A stretch of 63,773 bases of DNA, counting the filler, from Platydemus manokwari (lineage: Eukaryota), in assembly GCA_037951405.1 (NCBI GenBank). It is 6 parts of 6 records of this genome, joined end to end, with 100 filler letters (N's around TTAATTAATTAA, not from the genome) between each part and the next. Parts side by side here need not be neighbours in the genome. Positions count along the whole stretch, not along the records: positions 44,553 to 54,615 come from JBBMOY011172989.1; positions 54,716 to 63,773 come from JBBMOY011306428.1; 4 more parts are not named here. One strand, given 5' to 3'. A program made the translations under genes and the position numbers. Shown one piece after another: positions 53,341-63,773 of the stretch; position 1 is the first letter of the stretch; each line of letters opens with the position of its first letter. The notes beneath the pieces are model-generated. The model did no database searches. It worked only from the letters and a program-made list of their open reading frames with translations, and was not told where the DNA came from.

Positions 53341-54615
53341 TTTTTTTATAACTTCGAGAAAAATATGAGTTGACAGAAAACGAAAATAACAAAAAAACCA
53401 AAGCTCACAACAGGTTGCAACAATTGTGCAGTCTAAAAAAACTGAGAAGAATTAAAGAAAAGCAGAAATAAGCTGGTTAAAAGCTACATCAGAGATTAAA
53501 ATGCCTCAGAGAATTCCAAATAAATTCCTACCTTCAAATTTAGTCGAAATCCAATTATTTTGACTTAAATTATACTTATGTCCACCTACGCGCACATTTA
53601 TTAAGGATTCATGAAAAAGATTCTTGAATAAATATCTTTGACATTATGATTTTGTACAAAAGGTTAAAAATGATTATTTTATTTATTGTACAATTATAAA
53701 AATATATTATTATTTATAAAATCTAAATTATTATTTAATAAATTTTAAAAAAAATTGCTAAATATAAGATTAATAAAATAAATCAAAGTGCCACAGTTAA
53801 TAAGGTTTCATTAATTTTTAATAATTTTAAATGTCAAAAATTATTAGCAAATAAATAGTTTAGAGTTTAAAATAAGGGCATAAAGTTCCGAAAAACAATA
53901 CAATTCCCGAATGGTAGTAGGACAAAAAGTAGACAAAGTCAACCACTACATAAGTTGACGAAAAACTATCAATTCACTAACAAATGATTGGAATTTGAAT
54001 TCTAGCAAAATTCGACTAATTCTAGACAAAAATTGAAGTTTGAAGTTACATCATAGCGAACATTTAGATTTTAAATCGACGAGTCAAATGATTATCAAAA
54101 ATCATCTAACTTGGAAAACAAGTCACCTTGTATTAATTTTAGTAAAGACTCTTGGTAAAGAATTTAATTAATCTATCAAAAGGATCCGGCTATTTCGGAT
54201 CTCTAATCAATCAAAAATAAGTAAAGTTGTTGTTCAGTTGTTGTGATATGAGCAAGATAACTATACTCAGTGTAATAAATTATTCATGTGAATTAAATAT
54301 TGTGTCCAATCTGTGATTTGATATTAAATAAAAATTTAAAAGTAAATTCATGTTTGTGCTTGTTATTTAAAATCCTGTATACATAAGTCGAACATAAATT
54401 GATTATTGTGAATTTATGCTGTTGAGTTTATTAACATCCTTGAAAAGACAAATATAAAAGAGTTACTTATATGCAATATATATAATTATATTATATACAT
54501 TATATATTATTACATGTATTATAAATAAAATGAGGATTATTGAGCAAAAATTATTATATTGTAATTAAAATTACAAATAATAAGCTAAAATAGACAAAAT
54601 TATGATATAATTTTT

Positions 54616-54715
54616 NNNNNNNNNNNNNNNNNNNNNNNNNNNNNNNNNNNNNNNNNNNNTTAATTAATTAANNNNNNNNNNNNNNNNNNNNNNNNNNNNN
54701 NNNNNNNNNNNNNNN
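54616..54715. other. Artificial contig linker
   Basis: 44 N + TTAATTAATTAA + 44 N, followed by a (GT)n-like tract at 54716-54739. Confidence 0.99.
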
Positions 54716-55691
54716 GTGGGTGTGTGTGTGGGTGTGTGTAACTCTGATAATTTTATATACTAATGCGATGATAGTAAAATTGTCATTAATTTTTGAAAAG
54801 TATTTTAATTAAAGTAATACATTTTAATTAAAGATATCTATAATTAAATCCAAATCAAATTCAAATTCCTTTGCATAAATATTGTGGTAACATTTACATT
54901 TATGTGAATGTTTAATTTTTCATAAAAGTGATAACACTTGTATGTTACTGTACATCACAAATAAATCACTTCCAGAATGTCGATAAGGGACGGGGGAAAC
55001 CAGTATCATATTCGAATTCCGAAACCTCTTTTAAATTTGGAGCATTTCCATATTTATGATTTTTTTGATAGAGAGAAAATTTTCCTCTTGATTGCCATTT
55101 TCAAAAATTCATTTGATTACTGCAATTACATATTTTTTTTCTGTGTATCTAGTCTGTTTTTACGCATCAATGTACTTATTTTAAGTTAAAATACAAGTGC
55201 TTAGCTACTGAGATGCTTGAATTAGTTTCCAATCATTTTTCTTGGATAATTCTGATACTAAAAATGGATTGCAATAAATTGCAACTTGACATACTTTGAA
55301 CCGTTATTTAAATAATTAATTTTTACACGATTTTAAATTCCTATATTCTTTAAAATCTGATTCCAAACAAATAAAATTCATCTTAGGTACTTACATAAAA
55401 AATTCGAAATGTTTATAATGAATATATTTAAGTGAGCTATATAGCTTTTTGAATTACAGTCAACAAATTTAATATTTATTTTAGGACTCCTTACTTAAAC
55501 TAAGCTGAAAATATTGTGTTTAAAATAACAATTTGGTTAAAGCTGAAACCTAAAATCAAAATCTATGCGTTGATTAAACAAGTTTGTATTAAAAATTCTA
55601 GGACGTTTTCCTTAAATTTATAATAAAAATTTAATCCAACAAAATTGAAAAAGGTAGGAAAAATTTATCTAAGAATAATATAAATTTAAAC

Positions 55692-56606
55692 TTACATTAG
55701 TCTGTCAACTATAATTGAAAGCAAATCAATATAAATATGACAACTCATTTCGGTCATTTCACTTAGTTTGTTAACTAATTCGATCAAAACTTTTTCGTTG
55801 AAATTATAACAAATGAGAAATGTTTGACAATAAAATACTGAACTCAATACCAGAAAATCAGTATTAACCACATTTAAGGACGGTGGATTAGAAATTCTTG
55901 TTTCGGCTCCACGAATTTTAAATGTTTCCGTTTTAGCATCAACCATCATGAAATAATCATCAAATTCTATACAACAATCAATCGTTACCGTTATTAAGTT
56001 ATTAAATATTATTATGATATCTTCGGTTAAATTGTCTTGGAGTTTGAATATTATAAAAGCAATGGCTATGCAAATATCTGATCGAAGATTAGGATTTTCT
56101 AATAATAAACAACCTGATAAGTTATTCCAAAGTATTTTGGAATTGGCTGCTAACCATTCTCGAGAAGGAATATTCCATTCTATAGTTGAAAATGCATTAC
56201 AAATTTGATCCAGAGCATCGAAAGATTTATAGGTCTTATTTTCAGCCAATTTCAAGGGATTTAGAAGATCACAGTATTTAGTTAAAAACTTTTGACAATT
56301 GTGCTTATCGGAATTTAATACCGGATGAAATGTTAGGAAACGTTTCAAAAATTGATCTTTTGGAATGCCATTGATGTCTCTACATTTAGCAAATAAAAAA
56401 TTGTCTTTTTTATAAACATCAATCTTTGATCTCCATCCTTTTTCATCGTTTTCCACTTCAATTGTGTATTTGGTTTCTGCGATTTGGCAAATTTCTTTAG
56501 TAAACTCGTTTTTCAAATCCCAAATTGGATGATTTATATTTTCATATTCTCTGGTAATTTGGCGCGTTATAAAATCATTGTTTGGTGTAGTTTGATCGTA
56601 GTTCAT
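55692..56606 (-). CDS. Unknown 304-aa ORF, probably a large exon of an alpha-helical orphan protein
   Basis: 915-bp open frame in very AT-rich DNA. The apparent stop lies inside a consensus donor (AT|GTAAGT at 55695-55690). No family recognised. Confidence 0.6.
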   Translation of the reverse strand: MNYDQTTPNNDFITRQITREYENINHPIWDLKNEFTKEICQIAETKYTIEVENDEKGWRSKIDVYKKDNFLFAKCRDINGIPKDQFLKRFLTFHPVLNSDKHNCQKFLTKYCDLLNPLKLAENKTYKSFDALDQICNAFSTIEWNIPSREWLAANSKILWNNLSGCLLLENPNLRSDICIAIAFIIFKLQDNLTEDIIIIFNNLITVTIDCCIEFDDYFMMVDAKTETFKIRGAETRISNPPSLNVVNTDFLVLSSVFYCQTFLICYNFNEKVLIELVNKLSEMTEMSCHIYIDLLSIIVDRLM

Positions 56607-59600
56607 TTTGATTATAAATTTAATTAAATATTTTAATCGATTTGTTTTTAATTTTGATTAAGAATGATTCAGTTTCCATTTTTTAAACTAAAAGACATCG
56701 TAGTGCTTGTGAATGATTATTCATATTTTACTTCGCTAACAGTTTTGGTTAGTTCTTCTATTTTTATTTCTTAGAATTATGACAATTTTTGACGGTTGTT
56801 AATGAGAGGGAAAATTCACATTTCATATTTTTTGGCTACTGACTTTTTTCTAACAAATTTAAAGTGATTATAAGATCGCAATTCATTAACAATCGATACA
56901 AAGATTAAGATATTAATATTTGACATTTGAAAAAAATGTGTTGGCCTATGGATATAATTGGTGTGTTTGTGTTGGTTAAACTCTGATATACAATTGTTAA
57001 TTAACTCAACAGGTGATTTCAAAATCAAAATTATCAGCAAAATTAACCACATCAATGACATCATAACACTTGTATGTGTTCAATTTAGAACAGTTTACAT
57101 AATAGGTTTCTTTTACAATTACATAATTAATTAAAACAAGGAATGTGAACAAACAATCGACCTCTTCAATACTTTCCAAAAACTTATCATATATTTTAAA
57201 ATATAAAAGTAAATAAATTTTTGAACTTTCACATTGGCTTTTAAGCTTAAATTTTATCAAATTGTTTCAACCCGGATTAATTCGAAATAAACTATATCAG
57301 CACATTTTGGTTTTATTTAAAATAAACTTTGTCACTCAAAATCGTTCACAAATTTACTTGTGTTTTTTGACTGGATTGATTAACTATTCATATTATTTTT
57401 CTTAGTGGTCAGTTCCTTCCTCACAAGATTATATTTTAGATTTATATTTTCATTAGACATGATTTAAGTGTTAACTTATCGGCCATTACGCAAATAAATG
57501 TACAAATCAGATTTTTTTTTCATAATTCTCAAACAACTAAACCTTCATTTCATTATAGACTAAACGAATTAGCTCATATAGAATCAAGAGCTTGCTTTAA
57601 ATGTGGTAGGAGAGGTCAAGTCGCACAAAACTCCAAATCAAGAGGCCATATCAAAATTTTGTATTATTAGATTTTCTTAAGTATTTAAATCACTTGTCGA
57701 ATAATGACGATGATTTCATGAAAAGTAAAAATTTTAGTAAAAATTTAAAAAGAAAAAAAGGCAAATTGAGCCATAGGTCATTGATAATGATGTATGTAAT
57801 ACCAAGAGCGATAATAATAATCAATGAAAACTTTGAAGATTCTTTACAGACAAAGGAACTAAGAATTGAATCTGAAATAAAATTATCGCTAAAACAAAAT
57901 TGTAGTAAAAGAGACAGTCAACGCAGCCAGTATATGTAATGGCAAGCGATACAAAGTTCTAGGTAAACAAACAAAGCTGAGGTAATGGTGGCCTATTAGG
58001 CCAAGATACGTGAATGGTAAGGTGTTTTCGATAAAATAATCGGATAAATAAAAACTCATCTTTTTTGTAATTCATAAGCAAAAGTTGTCAAACATTATAA
58101 TCAATAGTAGTTTATAACATGAAGTTAAATGATTGCAGTTTAACATTTTTAAAAGCTAGTAAATTTATTAAGATTCGTGGAGACCTTATAAGTGAGTTTG
58201 TATGTTCTAGATCAATTAGGCAATGTAGTGTTGGATTTTCGAATAGGAAATTTAGTAGAAATGGATACTACTAATACCTAAATCAAATGAAGTGTTTCTA
58301 AATAACTCTCTTTGTATACTATGTAAACACATTTGAAAAAGACACTGATTATTTATTATTTTAACTCAGCCACAATTTTATGCTAAAATACAAAATAGCC
58401 GTATGTTACGAACTAACGAAAGTGAATCAATACAAAAACAAATCCAACAACAATAACATCGCAGCATCCCTCAATGTTTTCAATTGGGTCGACTCATTCC
58501 CAGCTTTCAGCCTATATAAAGATGATACCTCAGTCCTAGTGTCAATCTTGCTATTAAAGTCTGCAAAGGCCTAAATCCAAGTGGAAAGTCGATATGAAAG
58601 TGGCATTTTGTGATCCTATTTTTATTTTACTCTTTTGTGATCTTATTTTGATTCTTTGTATCATTAGACTCTTTGCATGAAATGATTATGATTTATTTAT
58701 GAATATTTTTGATAATTTTACTTTGTGGGCGAAATCAAAATTTAAAAATGTTGACGAAATAGAAAATGAAATTAATAATGTAGGCGAAAAATAAATTAGT
58801 TTAGATTGGTTCAGATTTTCAAATAAATATTATGATTGAGAATTCCAGTGATGTAACTGTATATATCAACGATATTATTATCTTTTCTGATGGTTTTAAT
58901 GAGCACATTAATGATATTGACAAATCTGAAAATACAAGCATCAAAATGTAAATGTGCTAAACGGACAGAACTTCATTATGATTATTTTCAAGTATTATTT
59001 AAGTTTATAATTAATTAAATAACTATATTTTTTTTAAAATTTCATGATAAAATTTATTTTTATAGAAATTATAATTAAGAGAAAAATTGCTTAAATTAAT
59101 TGGATTTCCATTGCCCTTCCTTATTCTGATTTTAAATGAGTTGATTTTCTGGATTAGTGAATAATAGTTAGCAGATCTTTTTTGTTAACCAAAATTTTGA
59201 ATGCATCTGCAATATATGCAGTTAAAGATTTTTCCTGCATTAACAATCTTTAATTAAATATCAAGTAATACATCCATGTTAATTTTATCTTAACCTTGTA
59301 AATATTGTCTTTCTTTTTAAGCTTGGAAATAAGAAACAATTTTATTGTCGATAAATTTTGCATTCTAAAAATTATTTAAAATTTTTAGTTTTATTTTGAT
59401 TTTTTTTTACCATTTTTTGAGAATTGATTAATTTATGGAGTTCATATGAAGGCAGTTTTTTGTGTATATCCTGTGTAAGTAAGTAATAGAAAAAATATTT
59501 GAGGTAGAGACAAATAGAGACAAAACAGAATAGTTAATAACCTCACATTATGTTAATTTGATTACATTATCGCAAGTGAGACGATTTATGAACACAACAT

Positions 59601-59997
59601 CTTTTGTAGTAAATCAAGTTTTGTGTATCATTTATTTTCTTGTTAATAATATTAAAACTATATCGAAAAAATAAAGCAAATAAAAACTATTGTAAAGATA
59701 CATAATTGATGCGATTGAAGTTTAAATTGTCCTTTATATTATTTAAAAATTCCAATGTCATAAGAAATATTGTTTTAACTGTTGATAAGTAGTAAATAGA
59801 GAAACTACATGTAAAACAAAAATTCATTTTAGAAAAACTAAGTTCTGTTATTTAATGTTATTACTGCTGTACTCACGAGTGTTATTGCTTTTATCGTTCA
59901 TACAACGATAATAATGATGATAATAGCATATTGAATGTTCATGTGATTTGAACCATGCAAAACATAACGACTGAAAAATTAATTATTTAGACCGATG

Positions 59998-62900
59998 TTA
60001 ATCAAAATCCATTTTTAGGGCATCCTTAGCATTCATTATTTTCTTCCACTTCAGATTTGCACTATATTTCGTTTCAAAGTCACCAAGTTCTTCTAGTGGC
60101 TCAGATTTTATTAATTTTTGCTTTTCTAAATAAATTAGAGCTTGTCTCTGGTTAGCTAGTGCACCAGATACACTTTGTCCCGGAATATCAAAGTATATGC
60201 TGTCCATTAGTTGCTTCTCCGTTGTCCAAACATTTTCCTTTAAATTACTGTACACTTCCAAAATTCTTTCTGTTCTGTGTTTAATGTACTCCTGAGTTTT
60301 CTTCAAAGGATTCTTGATCAAATCCCCATGACCAGGAAATATTAGCTGCAAATTTTCGGCCATTTGATGTAGTTGTGTCAAAGATTTCATGTAACTATTC
60401 AAATACTCCAAAGTTGTTGTTCCATTTCCTGAGATAAATAAATAATAAAAACTTGACAAAGGACTTTCATGGCTGAAAGATTCAATGAGGGACTTTAAAC
60501 AGAGACTTACGAAACTATGAAATCCTATAATATTGATATACGGAATAAATGAATTATATTAGTAAATATTTACAATGTAGAAACGAATTTATGTGAGTAC
60601 ATCTATTTTATTTTTAAGATATATCAAGGGTACAATAAAACGGTGATTATTTAAAAATTAATTTTTATTTATACAATAAATGATCGGTTTATCTTATTGA
60701 TTGGATTGGCTTGAAACATTTACGAAAATTTTGACCTTTATATGTAGCGCCAAATGAAAGTCAAGGAGTTGATTGATGTAAATTTTTAATAGACTCATAT
60801 TCACTGTATAGCGTTTATGTGTTTGTTATTCTTAAATCAGAAAACCCAGTGCAACTAAAAACATTTTGCTACTATAATATTTATCGGTATTAATATTCCT
60901 ATCAAACATACAATTTACATGGAAATAATGTACGAATTAGAAATACTAAATTTAAATAAAAAATAATTCTGGTTAATTGTGCATAAATCAATATCAAAAA
61001 TAACCTAAAATCAGATCACCAGAAAATAGATATTTCTGATTAGTGAGCTCAAGGCAGATATGGTCATCAGTATGTCCTGGAGTGTGCAAAACCCTCAATT
61101 GTCCCAATCCGGGAACATCAATTTCTTGATCATGAACAAGTCGTTGATATGGAAAATTTATGGTGTCATGCTTGTCATTTGAATGAAATTTCAAAACATT
61201 TGGTACAATTCCAGTCATTGCTTTGAGTGAGACCTTGCAAATAATTATTAATATAAGTACGAAAAACTTTACTACTCTCATTATTCATTTGAATTTCATT
61301 ATTCGAAACAATAATCCTTTATATAATTAATCAGTTAATAATTTTGATATTTGTGTGTTCTATTCATATATGATACATGAGACAAATGTAAGGCGTGATT
61401 TGAAAATGAACTTATTCATTTCATCGTTCAATTTCTAAATGGTACCTTTTGAATTAAATTTTTTAAAATGCTTAATCAAGTTTTCATTAAAATAACGAGT
61501 CATGATATCATGTTTCCTTAAAAATACCTATGCTGGCATTAAATTCAAAAGCCATTTAAACGCAGTGAAGTATAGGGCTCACTTATTTATAAAATAGTTA
61601 ACCCCATCAAAAATCAGTGTTAAAGAAGTTATAATAATTATCCTTACATAATTATTTTCAAAAATAAAGTTGTTCATTTTAATATTTGAAGTAAACTTTG
61701 TATTCCAGATTTTGATTGTCGAAACAAGAAATGATAAGAAAATCGAACACATATGTTTCTAACGATAATTCTCTCAAGTTTTAAATGCTAACCCACAGTG
61801 CCTTTACTCATACTGAACATCAATTAAAATTTTAACATGTGGATCTATTTTTATCTATTCTGGTTTCATCACAACAATTAGATAACAACAGATTGTATTA
61901 TTATAAGTTTTCAAGAAAGAGTTGCAACAATCCATAAAGTTAAAATATACATTTTCATTACAATAAAATGAAAAATAATATTGATCCATCAATGTTTTAA
62001 ATACAAGTAGTGTGGTTGATAAAGAGTTCAGTACTATTATTGAAAATGGACTAACTAGAAAATAAATATCAATATAAACCTCTTTATTAGATCAAATATA
62101 TCATTGAATAAATTACAAAGTTCGACAAATAAAGCACATTTGAATCGAATATGAATGTAATCATTGTAAATTAACGCAAGTTTAAGGGAAACTGCTATAA
62201 ATTGACTTTAATTGATGGTTAAATAAGGTCGGCAATATTTGGATTGGATTAATAAAAGTTCATTATTTTAAGATTCGTCAAAGTATTCTGTGCAAAAGTG
62301 CTCGATACATTACGATATTCATTCTGAAGTTGTTTCAGAATAAAATTCGAATGTCAATGAAAGACATAAACGACAAACATATTTAAATATCAGTTTTAAT
62401 ACTGGTTAATTACAACAACTTTTATTGAAGTCATTAATTTCGATTAATGAATCAAATCAATCAGTATTCTATCCCAGATGACAAAATTTTGTATAAATAT
62501 TTATTAAAATCTCATCAAGATGTTTTTTTACAAATATTTGAGTTTTTGTTTAAATAATCATGATTTATTAAACGAGATTTATGTAGAGATAATTTATTAC
62601 AAATTGAAAAATATTAGACAAAATTACCATTGGGGAAATTCTATAAGATTTAAATTATAAAAAACCAGCCATAAATAAAAAAACATTTTCAAAGAAATCA
62701 ATTATTTATCTTTTTAATCAAAACAGCGTTACACGAGCCAAAATAATCAGAAGCCGACTATTTTACTAACAGTCCACCAGAGAATTGATTAACTTTAATG
62801 AAATTTAGCTTAAATTTAATTAGATTAAATAAATTAAATATGATATTTTTATAATATTTTTATAAATCATTTAATTATTTAAAATTATTTTTAAATTATT

Positions 62901-63577
62901 TTATTTATATAAATAATTTCTGATTAACTTATTATTTTAATTAGTTAATTAATTGTTTTTAATTATTTTTTAAATTATTTTATTTATATAAATAATTGTT
63001 AATTAAATAATTTTTTAATTAGTTAATTAATAACAATTAAAATATGTAAAAATAAAAATATATTTAAATAATATTTATAAATAAATAAAAAATAACAATT
63101 ACCATTGTAAAACAATAAATATCAAAAAAAATAATTAATTAAATATTTATCAATAAAATTAGTTGAAAATATAATAAAAAATCAGAAAATATTAAAAAAT
63201 AATAAATAATATATCAAATAATATCATTTGGATTTATCAAGACATTTATTCAAGTTCATTCTTACTATTAATTCTTTCACACCACCAACATGATCGTCAT
63301 GCCAATGGGTGAGAATTATATCTCTGATAAATGCTTTCGGTCCAGCATTCAAAAGCACATCTTGTAAATTTTTTATATAATTAGGATGATTTGCGTTGCT
63401 TGTGTCAATTAGAACACGGCCTTTATTTTGGTCACCATGTCCTAGTAGATAACTATTAGTTCCTTGTAATGTTGTATAACCGGGATTGGTTCCCAGAACT
63501 CGAATTATACCAGGACTTATTTGCTGTACAGGAGGTAATTTAGGAATAATTGTCAATAGTGAGACTGCTAACGAACC
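59998..63577 (-). CDS. LACTB2: Endoribonuclease LACTB2 (metallo-beta-lactamase fold), exons 63266-63577, 61005-61233, 59998-60428
   Basis: [33 protein letters not shown] (HxHxDH), [16 protein letters not shown]|NGTT, IFPGHG, YIKHR. GT-AG junctions have consistent phases (0, 1). Confidence 0.95.
62860..63030. repeat. AT-only degenerate direct repeat in a LACTB2 intron
   Basis: ttatttttaaattattttatttatataaataatt...ttaattagttaattaat occurs twice about 80 bp apart. Confidence 0.7.
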
Positions 63578-63773
63578 CTAAAATTTAAATATACACTAAT
63601 CAAATCTGTTGAATCCGTTTTTTAATTAATGTTCAATTAAATTAAAAGCTTTAACAATTTTAACATATAATTAAAAATATATAATTTATATATAATTTAT
63701 AACATAATTTAATTATAATATAATTTATAACATATAATTTATAAATTTTTAATTAAATAAAAATGATAAATTG

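Noticed and set aside
9473-54715. Five identical N-flanked TTAATTAATTAA palindromes
   Set aside because: These are artificial six-frame-stop concatenation linkers. Gene neighbourhoods across them (for example FBXW7 next to the retroelement) have no biological meaning.
58404-58737. LTR-like segment (TGTTACG start, TATA box, TTTGTGGGCG end similar to 16650)
   Set aside because: Short, with no CA terminus matching the start and no TSD. Insufficient support.

Overview
This is very AT-rich eukaryotic (metazoan) DNA, not a prokaryotic locus. It is six unrelated contigs joined by artificial 100-bp linkers (44 N + TTAATTAATTAA + 44 N): 1-9472, 9573-19953, 20054-29567, 29668-44452, 44553-54615 and 54716-63773. 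Recognisable spliced host genes are the FBXW7 terminal exon, the 3' half of mitochondrial citrate synthase, a complete NUP155, a divergent LIN9/Aly-like DIRP gene 133 bp behind NUP155, LACTB2, a serine racemase-like pseudogene and a 304-codon orphan exon. Mobile DNA includes two decayed Ty3/Gypsy pol regions, two solo LTRs of one family, an RLE-type (NeSL/R2-like) non-LTR retrotransposon with tandem Ulp1/SUMO-protease domains, and a mariner fragment. The most unusual signal is in contig 1. A Gypsy element carries a roughly 3-kb sense-strand accessory coding region downstream of integrase, and its distal domain occurs in two diverged copies. The second copy contains an ISG20/REX4-like DEDDh exonuclease fold with substituted catalytic residues. 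The AT richness, 40-60 bp introns and element types suggest a planarian-like flatworm; this is inference only. All homology calls are by-eye motif recognition and no searches were run.
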